From a virus, in the IMG/VR virus record IMGVR_UViG_3300032308_001681, positions 1-64,000 of that record: DNA of 64,000 nt; one strand, given 5' to 3'. Under the pieces are notes generated by a model. It was not told the DNA's origin and searched no databases. It saw only the letters and a list, made by a program, of their open reading frames with translations. Below, one piece after another: positions 18,076 through 27,361 of this stretch (the stretch's first letter is position 1; each line of letters starts with the position of its first letter). The translations under genes and the position numbers were made by a program.

Positions 18076-18389
18076 TGGCAAGTGAAGCATGGCAGAAAAA
18101 AGTTGGTCAGAATGCTAAGGGTGGCCTTAATGAAAAGGGCCGTAAGTCCTACGAACGGGCTAACCCCGGCTCTGACTTGAAAGCCCCGGTAAAGTCTGGC
18201 GACAATCCTCGCCGAGCGTCGTTCTTGGCCCGCATGGGTAACATGCCCGGTCCAGAGCGCAAGCCCAACGGGGAACCCACACGTCTTCTCTTGTCACTTC
18301 AGGCATGGGGAGCATCCAGTAAAGCTGACGCCAAAAGTAAGGCCGCAGCAATAAGCAAGCGTCTTGACGCTAAGAAGGGTAAGAAATAA
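18075..18389 (+). CDS. small basic protein (DUF6321-like)
   Basis: KGGLNEKGRKSY...LKAPV...RRASFLARM...LSLQAWG. Confidence 0.75.
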   Translation: MASEAWQKKVGQNAKGGLNEKGRKSYERANPGSDLKAPVKSGDNPRRASFLARMGNMPGPERKPNGEPTRLLLSLQAWGASSKADAKSKAAAISKRLDAKKGKK

Positions 18390-18556
18390 TGGCAATGTGC
18401 AAGTGTGGCAAATGTGCTGCGTGTAAAGCCCGTGCAAAGAAAGACGCCCCCACGGGAAAGAACGCAAAGCTTGCTTCGATGTATGGAGACAAAAAGAAAA
18501 TCACCCGTGGCGATGTTATTACTGCCGCCAAGATGAACAAGAAAAAAGGTAAATAA
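18389..18556 (+). CDS. 55-aa Lys-rich protein with N-terminal CKCGKCAAC motif
   Basis: TAATG-coupled at both ends; N-terminus paralogous to next gene; not in ORF track. Confidence 0.7.
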   Translation: MAMCKCGKCAACKARAKKDAPTGKNAKLASMYGDKKKITRGDVITAAKMNKKKGK

Positions 18557-18807
18557 TGGCAATGTGTAAGTGTGGTACGTGCGCGGCTTGTAAGAAGCGT
18601 GCAGCCGATAAAAAGAACAAGCCCTATATTGGTTCATCTGCTGATAAGAAGCAGGATGCCAAGACGACGAAGGGCATGACCCCTGCCCAGAAGGCAAAGT
18701 TCAACAAAGAAGACGCCAAGATGGACAGGAACACCAAGCTCACCAAGGCGCAAGACACTAAGAAAGACAACGCTCTTGCCAAGAAGATTAAGGCTGGTAA
18801 GAAGTAG
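18556..18807 (+). CDS. Lys-rich protein with N-terminal CKCGTCAAC motif
   Basis: 83 aa, very Lys-rich, TAATG coupling. Confidence 0.75.
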   Translation: MAMCKCGTCAACKKRAADKKNKPYIGSSADKKQDAKTTKGMTPAQKAKFNKEDAKMDRNTKLTKAQDTKKDNALAKKIKAGKK

Positions 18808-18825
18808 TTTTAAGTAAAACGAGTT

Positions 18826-18850
18826 AGCCCCGCTAAATGCGGGGCTTTTC
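18826..18850 (+). terminator. intrinsic terminator
   Basis: AGCCCCGC-TAAAT-GCGGGGCT followed by TTTC. Confidence 0.75.
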
Positions 18851-18862
18851 TCTATCCTTAAA

Positions 18863-18986
18863 GTGTAGGTAATCCGTGCGGACCCTATACAGCTTCGGCT
18901 GGCTTGCGTGCCTCGAAAGGGGATTTGAATGTTTACCGCTACTTGTCATGCAGGCGTCTCAACATTCATCCCCGTTAGTGCAGGTG
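18863..18986 (+). ncRNA. putative structured RNA (sRNA or cis-regulatory leader)
   Basis: TATCCT -10 at 18853-58; multiple helices, UUCG and GAAA tetraloops, long GGGGAT..TGAATGTT/AACATTCATCCCC duplex. Confidence 0.6.
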
Positions 18987-18990
18987 CCAA

Positions 18991-19302
18991 GTGAAGCGCA
19001 TACAAGAAGGCCTTAAACGAGCCGCGCATGAAACTGCCGTGTACATGACCGCAGACTTGCAAAACCGCGCGCACGAGCACGGCTGGGACGAAGACGTTGC
19101 CAGCAGTATTCGCGTGCACTACGAGGACGGCAAATTTAAAGCAAAAGTCTCACCGGAGCACAGTGACCGTGCGTTCAGGCACGAGTACGGGGATGAGAAC
19201 AACCCCCCAAAAGCTACGGTGCGTAGGTATGACAACTCATCCTCTGCCGAAGAGGCCTACCTAATTAGCCTGCACAAGCATGTTCTGGGAGGGTTGTTTT
19301 GA
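18991..19302 (+). CDS. neck/tail-completion protein
   Basis: 103 aa, HEYGD motif, position before tail terminator. Confidence 0.55.
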   Translation: MKRIQEGLKRAAHETAVYMTADLQNRAHEHGWDEDVASSIRVHYEDGKFKAKVSPEHSDRAFRHEYGDENNPPKATVRRYDNSSSAEEAYLISLHKHVLGGLF

Positions 19303-19973
19303 CATTTCTAATCTCTGAAGATGAGGCCCTTCGAAAGAAGCTTCAAGGAATGACGGTAACTGACCAGAAGTCAGAGGGGGACGGCAATCCTCGCTCGGTA
19401 GGCGTTTGGTTTGGGCAGCCTGACCAAGAAATTCGTTCACAGGGGTATCCGTACATTACGATTGATATGTTGGATATTCAACGTGACCAAGCCCGTGAAA
19501 TGCGTGGAATTGTGTCGCCGTGGTACCTCGACCCAGAAACCCCTAATGCTGATGGCTTTGACATCCAGCTGCCTATTCCGGTAACTATCGATTACCAGAT
19601 TACGTCGTATGCGCGACACCCGCGCCACGACCGAGCTATCGTGAGCCAGTTGCTTCACGAGAAGTTCCCCATAAGATTCGGCTACCTATCTGTAGACACA
19701 GGAAAGGTAGACGGGGAGGGCAACCCCCAACACACACTTCGTCGTTTGGACATCATGGATGTCAATAAACGCGATGTCACGGAACAAGCAAAGCGGTTGT
19801 TTGTAAATGTAATAACCGTACGTGTTTCTAGTGAGGTATCGGTAGATGCAGCACGACGAATCTACGAAGTCACATCTATCGACATAACTACTCCATCATC
19901 GTACCTGTCGCTAAATGGCGGCCGTCCCGGCGACCCGTACTGGGTAGGTATTGATGAAATCCACATCGCCTAA
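19299..19973 (+). CDS. tail terminator/completion protein
   Basis: YPYITID, PVTIDYQIT motifs; immediately upstream of sheath. Confidence 0.65.
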   Translation: MTFLISEDEALRKKLQGMTVTDQKSEGDGNPRSVGVWFGQPDQEIRSQGYPYITIDMLDIQRDQAREMRGIVSPWYLDPETPNADGFDIQLPIPVTIDYQITSYARHPRHDRAIVSQLLHEKFPIRFGYLSVDTGKVDGEGNPQHTLRRLDIMDVNKRDVTEQAKRLFVNVITVRVSSEVSVDAARRIYEVTSIDITTPSSYLSLNGGRPGDPYWVGIDEIHIA

Positions 19974-20015
19974 TATTTGGTCCCCCCACAATACTCATCT
20001 AACTAAGGAGAAACA

Positions 20016-21515
20016 ATGGCCGCATATGGTCGCCCCGGCGTTTACATCACGGAACGTCTTCTTCCTGCCCCCATCTCGTCCGGAGGTGGCACGGCTGCGG
20101 CTGGAGCCGTCATCTGCAGCTTGGGACAGGGCCCCACGGATATTACTCTTGTAAATTCGTGGTACGAATTCACTCAAACTTTTGGTGGATACGACCTCAA
20201 CTACCCCGCAACTTTTGGCATTGGGCAGTTCTTCAAAAGCGGTGGAAATGAGCTTTACGTCCGTCGCGTTCTTGCATCGGATGCAGTTGCTGCCAGTATG
20301 ACTATTGCGGCTTCGGCAGGTACTGTAGGTACCATCACTGCTCGCGCCAAGGGTGTTGACGGGAATAAGCTTGCTGTTCAGTTTATTCAAGTAGGGTCTA
20401 GTGCCTACTACAATGTCATTGTCAGCAAGGACGTTGGAACAACTGCCGATGTAGTTCTTGAGCAGTATGACAATGTCATGTTCGATAACGACCCTGTTAC
20501 AGGCGACTTTATTGTAGATGTCATTAACAATGCCTCGGCCTACATTACGGTGACTGTCAGTGACCAGACCAAGGTTCCTAGCGTAACAACTCCGGTTGGC
20601 TTTACAAGCGGCGCTAATGGTGCGGGGCTTGCAACAGCCGACTTTACGTCTGCGCTGGCCGACTTTAACGCGCTTGACCGTCCTCTTGTTATGTTTAGCC
20701 CAGAGCTTCACCGCCAAACGTTTGCTGCGGGTGGCGCAACTACGGCAGCAACTGTCTTAGACACGATAATTTCGTATGCTGCAACTGCAACCAACGTATT
20801 TGTGGTTGCCGAAACGGCGCCAGACTTGTCGGTAGCTTCCGCAATTACTTACGCCGATGGCCGTGCAAACCAGAGCAATGTCGCAATGTACTACCCCAAC
20901 GTTTTCATTGCTGACCCGTTTGGTCGGAATGCTACGTCGGTCCGTAAGTGCGGTCCTGCAGGTTCTGTGGCTGGGTTGTACATTGCAACTGACCGGGCTC
21001 AAGGGCCGTTCAAATCGCCTGCCGGTTTGCGCACCGAGCTTGGTGGCGTAGTTGCTCTTGAACGCCGCTTTACGTCAGCAGAGTTGGATACCCTTAACTC
21101 CAGCAGCTCGCCGGTAAACGCAATTCGCGATATCCCCGGCGCAGGTGTAGTGGTTATGGGTGCTCGCACCCTGCTGCAGGATGGAACGGCTAACCGTTAC
21201 GTCTCTATGCGACGCTCGCTTATTCACATCCAAAAGCAGCTCAAAGACCTTACGCAGTTTGCTATGTTCGAAAATAACGACTCCAACCTGTGGGGCCGGA
21301 TTCGCACAACGCTGAGTGTGTTCTTGAACGATTACCGCAATATTGGCGGCCTTGCTGGAACCACCCCTGATGAGGCTTTCTTTGTCAAGTGTGACCGGGA
21401 AAACAACCCGGACTCTGATATTGCACAGGGAATCGTAAACATCGAGGTTGGGGTTTCGCTTGAATACCCTGCTGAGTTTGTTGTCATCACTCTCAGTCAA
21501 AAGACTGCAAACTAA
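20016..21515 (+). CDS. tail sheath protein
   Basis: RPGVYITE N-terminus, GARTL, RYVSMRR, FENND, AFFVKCDRENN, PAEFVVI. Confidence 0.95.
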   Translation: MAAYGRPGVYITERLLPAPISSGGGTAAAGAVICSLGQGPTDITLVNSWYEFTQTFGGYDLNYPATFGIGQFFKSGGNELYVRRVLASDAVAASMTIAASAGTVGTITARAKGVDGNKLAVQFIQVGSSAYYNVIVSKDVGTTADVVLEQYDNVMFDNDPVTGDFIVDVINNASAYITVTVSDQTKVPSVTTPVGFTSGANGAGLATADFTSALADFNALDRPLVMFSPELHRQTFAAGGATTAATVLDTIISYAATATNVFVVAETAPDLSVASAITYADGRANQSNVAMYYPNVFIADPFGRNATSVRKCGPAGSVAGLYIATDRAQGPFKSPAGLRTELGGVVALERRFTSAELDTLNSSSSPVNAIRDIPGAGVVVMGARTLLQDGTANRYVSMRRSLIHIQKQLKDLTQFAMFENNDSNLWGRIRTTLSVFLNDYRNIGGLAGTTPDEAFFVKCDRENNPDSDIAQGIVNIEVGVSLEYPAEFVVITLSQKTAN

Positions 21516-21533
21516 CCGAAGGAGAAATAAATA

Positions 21534-22232
21534 ATGGCAACCATTATTAACAACCGGTCAAATCTTGCGACCGACCCGATTAGGAACTTTCGGTTCCTCG
21601 TCAGCTTCAAACCGCACAACTCCAACCAACTGAACTTGTACGGTGGAGCAGTGCCGATTGGGTTTACCTCAATCTCTGGTCTGTCAGTAACCACTGACAG
21701 CATCCCCTACCGTGAAGGTGGGTACAACACGACGGTTCACCAGATTCCGGGACAGACCACGTTCTCACCAATTAGCTTGCAGCGTGGTGTAATTCTTGGT
21801 TCAAACCAGAACTGGGAATGGATGCGTAAGTTGTTCCGTACGGTACAGGCTGGTGGAAGCACCGACCTCATCACGGACTTCCGCGCTGACCTCGAGATTC
21901 AGGTTCTTAGTCACCCCATTGCGGGGGCTAACCCCGGAGACCCGACAGCTACGCCCTACGGCGACCACGTTGCCCTTCGTTTTCAGGTTTACAACGCATG
22001 GATTACCTCCGTTGCGTACTCTGACCTTAACGCGGGTGACAACGCCATCTACGTGGAGCAGATGACTCTGGTTCACGAGGGCTTTGATGTCAACTGGGCT
22101 CCGGACTTCAACACCTCGGCACCTGACTTTGACACTAACTCGTCAGCCGCAGTAACCCGGGTAGCCACAACTCGCGCGAAGGCTAACCCCCGCGCCCGGG
22201 CGACCCAGCTCCAGCGCACAACAATCGGCTAA
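21534..22232 (+). CDS. tail tube protein (T4 gp19-like)
   Basis: DPIRNFRF, YREGG, PGQTTFSPISLQRG, YSDLNAG...EQMTLVHEG. Confidence 0.93.
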   Translation: MATIINNRSNLATDPIRNFRFLVSFKPHNSNQLNLYGGAVPIGFTSISGLSVTTDSIPYREGGYNTTVHQIPGQTTFSPISLQRGVILGSNQNWEWMRKLFRTVQAGGSTDLITDFRADLEIQVLSHPIAGANPGDPTATPYGDHVALRFQVYNAWITSVAYSDLNAGDNAIYVEQMTLVHEGFDVNWAPDFNTSAPDFDTNSSAAVTRVATTRAKANPRARATQLQRTTIG

Positions 22233-22256
22233 CACCTAAACCAAAAGGACTAAATA

Positions 22257-23078
22257 ATGGATACAAATAGTTTAAAAGCAACTGACAACCCAACACTGGC
22301 CAATGAGCTGGTTGCGCAGGCAATTGCTGACCCGACACAAGATGAGCCACAAGAAGTAACTATTGAACTTCCTTCGGACACTCTGGTAGACCTTCCCGGT
22401 GGGTACATCACCACAGAGGGGGAGGTCTACCAGACCGCAGAAGTTCGAGAGCTCAACGGGCGCGACGAAGAGGCGTTGGCCAAGGCGTCTACCTTGGGAC
22501 GCATGCTCAACATTGCCTTGAGCCGCGGCGTGGTGTCTATTGGCGGCAAGCCCGCTACCGAGAACATGTTGGACGGCATCCTCTCGGGTGACCGAGACGC
22601 TCTCTTGCTGGGAATCTACAAGGTAACTTTTGGAAACCCAGCAAAACTGGCTGCGTACTGTGGCGGATGCTCAGAGTACAAAGACATTGAAGTAGACCTA
22701 AATGCGGATATTAAAACTCGTATTTTGGTTAACCCCAAAGAAGACCGCGAGTTTACGGTACAAGGATTGAAGAGCACGTACACCGTTCTGCTTCCTAGCG
22801 GAGCTGTTCAAAAAGAAATGAACATGCTTGAGGATGCAAACATCCCTGCACTAAGCTCCATTCTTCTTAAAGGAACGGTAATTGCTATTAACGGTTCCCC
22901 GGTGTATAGCCCTGAACAAGTGCAGAGCATCGGTATTCGTGACCGTCGAAAAATCAGTGAAGAGATTGCTGAAAGAAACCCCGGCCCAAAGTTCGAAGAC
23001 ATCACAGTAGTGTGCCCGGACTGCGAGTCCGAGGTGGTGGTTCCGATTAGCATCGGAGCTTTGTTTCAGCTCTCGTAA
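22257..23078 (+). CDS. tail assembly chaperone (G-like; T4 gp26/gp51-like region)
   Basis: VRELNGRDEE, GDRDALLL, two CxxC pairs; between tube and tape measure. Confidence 0.8.
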   Translation: MDTNSLKATDNPTLANELVAQAIADPTQDEPQEVTIELPSDTLVDLPGGYITTEGEVYQTAEVRELNGRDEEALAKASTLGRMLNIALSRGVVSIGGKPATENMLDGILSGDRDALLLGIYKVTFGNPAKLAAYCGGCSEYKDIEVDLNADIKTRILVNPKEDREFTVQGLKSTYTVLLPSGAVQKEMNMLEDANIPALSSILLKGTVIAINGSPVYSPEQVQSIGIRDRRKISEEIAERNPGPKFEDITVVCPDCESEVVVPISIGALFQLS

Positions 23079-23211
23079 TAAGTCTTACGGAGAAATACTT
23101 ACGGAATGGGTAGCCCTTACTCGGGCCTTTACCGGGTGGACTCTCACAGAAATTCAGAACCTGTCATTCCGCGAACGTAAAACGTGGTTAGACATTGCCA
23201 AACATAGTTAA
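23065..23211 (+). CDS. frameshift-accessed C-terminal extension of tail assembly chaperone (GT-like)
   Basis: +1 frame ORF without a good start, encoding GWTLTEIQNLSFRERKTWL; overlaps TTG TTT C at 23061-67. Confidence 0.7.
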   Translation, partial: FSSRNKSYGEILTEWVALTRAFTGWTLTEIQNLSFRERKTWLDIAKHS

Positions 23212-23225
23212 GGATAAGTACGCAC

Positions 23226-25928
23226 ATGGCGGATGAGGTCACTAACGGGCTAAATAAGGCCAGTGCGGCCATTGACAAGCAGACAGTCAAGGTAGAAAAG
23301 CTTGTCAAAGAGTATGAAGAGCTTGCTCAAGCTGTCTACAAGGCTATGGGCGGTAGCGGAAAAATTGGTGGCGGAGGAGGCTCCACTGGGCCCATGATGC
23401 CCGGGGGCACTTTTGCGAACATCGCTCCGCCTTCCGGGGGTTCTGGAATGGGCGGCATGGGCGGCATGGGAAGCCTCCTCCCGGGGCTACTCTCAGCCGG
23501 TATTGCCGCAGGTGTAGGAGTTTACCAAGGACGGTTTATGGGAATGCCTGACGTTCAGGCAACCATGAACAGGGCCACCTCGTCCTATAATGCCGGTATT
23601 TCAATGGGCATTGGCGGAAGTGGAATGCGAGGCATGCAGTCCTCAACCCTTTCTGCAATGTCAGGCGGGTTGACTGCCAAAGGCAATGACGCCATGGTTT
23701 CAGAGTTCCTTGGTTCTCGAGGCATGAACTACAATGCCAACCCTAACTCGACGTATATGCAAACTGTTCGCGGAGTTAGCAACTCGGCCAAGTACTTGAA
23801 CATGAGCAACGAACGTTCAATGGCGGCCATTGAAGGCCTTACCAGTGGCGCTACATCTAGGTCTTTGCTTAATAACCTTGGTATTTATACATCAGATGTA
23901 TCTACTGGTAAAGAAAAGGGTCAGGCGCAAATCTTTAATGAGATTTCAAACCGACTTACTGCTGGTAGGGGCGCCTTCTCTGTAGAAGATGTAAACGACT
24001 CATTCCGCAGAGGAAACCTTGGGGCATCTTTGTCAGGCATGGGCCTGTCGGATGACCAACAGCAAATGTTCAAACAGTTCATGATTGCCAAGGCTCAGGG
24101 CAAAACCATGGACTTGTCTGACGATGCGGCTATGGCTGATTTGGCCAAAACTTCTGGGTTAAACCCCGCAACTATGGGCTACAAAAGCAATACGTATGAT
24201 ACACAAGCAATGGCTGTTGCCCAAGAAAACTACACCAAAGCAATTCAAGACATCCTTCCGCATTTAGAAAGTCTTAGCAAGACAGCCGGTGAAGCTGCTG
24301 CGGGGGTTGAGGGCCTTGCAAAAGCCACACTATCCTTTATGCAGGGCAACCAAGCTGGCGCAGGAGATGTCTTTGGAAAAATGGCCATGCTTAGCGCAGG
24401 CGGTGATGTTCTATCCACAGCTGTTGGTACCGCTATGGGCGGCGGATTCGGTGGCGGTGGCGGTGGCCGCCGCGGTGGTGGCGGTGGGGGTGGAGGCCGA
24501 CGTGGCAGCAACAAGCTTCCTCCGGGTTACACCGAGGTAAGCCCCGGTAGATTTCGAAACGATAAAACCGGCCAGTTTGCCGCTGACCCGCGTACCGGAG
24601 CTAGTAACTCTAAGTACTTGGCTCCGGCCGACCAAACACCTAAAGATGGTGCGCCTAAACTTGGAGCGGGTCGTCAAGTCCTTAAAACAGCGGGCCAGCT
24701 CGGTAAGGGCATGGGAATTGCTGGCGCTGTCATTGGAGGCTTGACGCTTGCTGACGACATCGCAAACGGACACGGCTGGGGAACCAAGCAGTTCAGCACT
24801 GATATGGGCTCAACTATCGGCGGAACTGCCGGTGCAGTACTCGGCGGTGCGCTCGGCACGTTTCTTGGTCCTGTGGGTACTGTTCTTGGTGGTATGGCAG
24901 GCAGCTACGTAGGTAGCTGGCTCGGCGGTACAATCGGCGGCATGTTTGGTACAGGTGGAACTAACAGCACCATTAGTGGCAGTCAACCCACAGGCAGTGG
25001 TGCTGGAAACAAGCTGAGCTTTATTATGCCTGTTAATGGCAACATCTCTAGCGGGTTTGGGCCGAGGACTCCTCCGGCTCCGGGGGCTAGCAGTTTCCAC
25101 GATGGAATTGACATTGGCGCTGCTGAGGGCGCGGCCATCGGTGCGTCAGCCGAGGGTGTTGTAACTGTCGCGGGGGACAAGGGCGCATACGGTAAGTACA
25201 TTGAGATTAAACACCCCAATGGTTACATCACCTTTTATGCTCACCAGTCCCGCTTTGCTATTGGTGTAGGCGCAAAAGTTCGTCAAGGCCAGTTGATAGG
25301 TTACGTAGGAAACACTGGAGTGTCTACAGGCGCACACCTTCACTTTGGTATGCACGACGAAAAGGGCGCAAAGATTGACCCCTTGAAGGTTATTAGTGGC
25401 GGTGCTCCAAGTAGCATGAGTGGCGCTGAGGGCAGCAAGGGGTTTGTTTCCGGTGGAGGCGCAGTAGCCAAGGACTTAAACTCGCTGATTGACTCTCGAG
25501 CCAAGGTGGGTGCTGAACGAGTCGGCGGAATATCTGGCGCTAATGGTGGAATGGCAAGAGGCGCTGCTCCCGGTGGCTCGGCTGGTGGCAACAACCTCAT
25601 GGTAGGAAATAGTCAGCAAAACCTTGTGAGCAACAACCGCATGGGAATCTACCTGCCCGGAGCACCTCGAGCCAAGCAGGGAGACTCTTATGTCGCCCAA
25701 GACGGCCCCGTCAACGTGCACGCTGGTGAGGCCATCCTTACCTCACAACAGGCAGACACATGGCGCAAAGCTCTCCAAAGCGGAAAGCTTGGCGGAAGCG
25801 GCGGGAACAACGTCACAATTAACGTTACTGTTCAACAAGCCTCTGAAGCAGAGGCCAAACGATTGGCAAAGATGGTTAAAGAATACATTGACCAAGATGA
25901 CATGTTTAGTCAGATGGGAAGTTCATAA
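23226..25928 (+). CDS. tape measure protein with M23 peptidase domain
   Basis: 900 aa Gly/Ala-rich; HDGIDIG...YAH...STGAHLHF M23 motifs (~25020-25390). Confidence 0.88.
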   Translation: MADEVTNGLNKASAAIDKQTVKVEKLVKEYEELAQAVYKAMGGSGKIGGGGGSTGPMMPGGTFANIAPPSGGSGMGGMGGMGSLLPGLLSAGIAAGVGVYQGRFMGMPDVQATMNRATSSYNAGISMGIGGSGMRGMQSSTLSAMSGGLTAKGNDAMVSEFLGSRGMNYNANPNSTYMQTVRGVSNSAKYLNMSNERSMAAIEGLTSGATSRSLLNNLGIYTSDVSTGKEKGQAQIFNEISNRLTAGRGAFSVEDVNDSFRRGNLGASLSGMGLSDDQQQMFKQFMIAKAQGKTMDLSDDAAMADLAKTSGLNPATMGYKSNTYDTQAMAVAQENYTKAIQDILPHLESLSKTAGEAAAGVEGLAKATLSFMQGNQAGAGDVFGKMAMLSAGGDVLSTAVGTAMGGGFGGGGGGRRGGGGGGGGRRGSNKLPPGYTEVSPGRFRNDKTGQFAADPRTGASNSKYLAPADQTPKDGAPKLGAGRQVLKTAGQLGKGMGIAGAVIGGLTLADDIANGHGWGTKQFSTDMGSTIGGTAGAVLGGALGTFLGPVGTVLGGMAGSYVGSWLGGTIGGMFGTGGTNSTISGSQPTGSGAGNKLSFIMPVNGNISSGFGPRTPPAPGASSFHDGIDIGAAEGAAIGASAEGVVTVAGDKGAYGKYIEIKHPNGYITFYAHQSRFAIGVGAKVRQGQLIGYVGNTGVSTGAHLHFGMHDEKGAKIDPLKVISGGAPSSMSGAEGSKGFVSGGGAVAKDLNSLIDSRAKVGAERVGGISGANGGMARGAAPGGSAGGNNLMVGNSQQNLVSNNRMGIYLPGAPRAKQGDSYVAQDGPVNVHAGEAILTSQQADTWRKALQSGKLGGSGGNNVTINVTVQQASEAEAKRLAKMVKEYIDQDDMFSQMGSS

Positions 25929-27076
25929 TGGTATTTTTAAAACCGTGGGAAAACCCAAGACTGACATTCGTCAATTATCGAATGAATACGGGCAAACCGC
26001 CGCCGCCCAAATACGACCCCGCTAAAGGCACAGGGTTTCGCCCCGACGGAACCGCCGTTGGTCGAGGCGGCACGTACTTTAACGGCATCGGCGTCGCCGG
26101 GACCGGAGCCGACATTGAGGCTTGGAAGAAAAAGTGGAACGCTGCTGGCGCGGCCTTGAACGCCGCCGGACCAGCGTTGACCGAGCTGTATAACCAGCGG
26201 GTTGCCGCCGCGGGTGGTGGTGGTGGTGGTGACTCGGCTCCGGCCCCCGCACCCGTTGTTTTGAACTACGACGACAAGAAGTTTTCGTACAATATTGGGT
26301 GTGTACGGGATGCGTACTTCAGTAAACGACAGTCTTTTCATCAAGCATTGACTCCCAACGCTAAGGGTTCGATTAAAGACAGCCCAGTGACAATAGCTTC
26401 TTCTGAAGAACTCTGGTCAAGAGCAGGGACCAATAAAGGAATGATTACCCTGTTTATGCCCAAGGATACGGGCATGGGGCTAGACGCCGTGACGCCCGTT
26501 GAGGGAAGCCCATATTCGCCTAAAGAGTGGGAAAAGTACGGATTTCAATTTCACTACAACCCAACCAGCATTGACATGGTGTACTCTGGCGCGCCAAACA
26601 CAGACGCTGCTTTGGAGATGTCTGGTCAAGAAAAGTTTAACCTTATTGGTGCGCAAGTCAGCCAGAGTACGCTTGCGCTAGACATTGTGTTGAATCGTGT
26701 AGCGGACATGAAGTATTACGACGAAAAAGGAAGAATTAAAGCGAGTGTACCCGACCGCAACAATTTGTATGCGCCCAGATTTCCCAGCCCTACTGAACAA
26801 CTTGAAATATATAAAAAAGGCACAATGTACGATGTAGAGTTTCTGCTTTCTACGGTTATTGGCTACAAAATAGAAACCAAGTACCGCGGCCGAACGGCAG
26901 ATGTTGGTTGGCTCAGTGGCCGACCAGTGACTCTAAATCTTGGAAAAGGACTAAAGTATCTTGGGTATATTAATGCTTTTAGTGTAAAGCACGTTATTTT
27001 CAATGAAAAGATGGTTCCTGTGTTTTCTACACTTAGCCTAAACTTTAACCGTATTCCAGACTATGCAGGAATTTAG
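25928..27076 (+). CDS. baseplate/tube initiator protein
   Basis: YGFQFHYNPTSI motif and HVIFNEKMVP C-terminus; follows tape measure. Confidence 0.65.
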   Translation: MVFLKPWENPRLTFVNYRMNTGKPPPPKYDPAKGTGFRPDGTAVGRGGTYFNGIGVAGTGADIEAWKKKWNAAGAALNAAGPALTELYNQRVAAAGGGGGGDSAPAPAPVVLNYDDKKFSYNIGCVRDAYFSKRQSFHQALTPNAKGSIKDSPVTIASSEELWSRAGTNKGMITLFMPKDTGMGLDAVTPVEGSPYSPKEWEKYGFQFHYNPTSIDMVYSGAPNTDAALEMSGQEKFNLIGAQVSQSTLALDIVLNRVADMKYYDEKGRIKASVPDRNNLYAPRFPSPTEQLEIYKKGTMYDVEFLLSTVIGYKIETKYRGRTADVGWLSGRPVTLNLGKGLKYLGYINAFSVKHVIFNEKMVPVFSTLSLNFNRIPDYAGI

Positions 27077-27082
27077 ATAACT

Positions 27083-27361
27083 ATGATATTTACAGACAGC
27101 AGGTATGCTACGGGAGTTCTGTTTAAGGCGTTTAACCAAAGAAAACAGGACTACGACGTCACCGTATTTAGAAACTTCCCCTCAGGTAAAGCCCAATACT
27201 TTCTATACGTTTGGCAAGAGTCTGACCGAATTGATTTAGTATGCAAAAAATTTCTCAATACAGCAGGTGCATGGTGGAAAGTTATGGACTACAACCCCGA
27301 GATTCTTAACCCATTCGATATTCCTGTTGGAACAGTTTTGAGGATTCCTAGTGTTGAATGA
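27083..27361 (+). CDS. LysM-like baseplate protein (tail X/gp53-like)
   Basis: DRIDLV...WWKVMDYNPEI...IPVGTVLRIP. Confidence 0.85.
   Translation: MIFTDSRYATGVLFKAFNQRKQDYDVTVFRNFPSGKAQYFLYVWQESDRIDLVCKKFLNTAGAWWKVMDYNPEILNPFDIPVGTVLRIPSVE

Noticed and set aside
18863-18986. tRNA or tmRNA
   Set aside because: No T-loop GTTCRA motif, cloverleaf or CCA end
24430-24510. GGC/GGT microsatellite-like run in tape measure gene (also 26210-26230)
   Set aside because: In-frame poly-Gly linker; no evidence of phase variation
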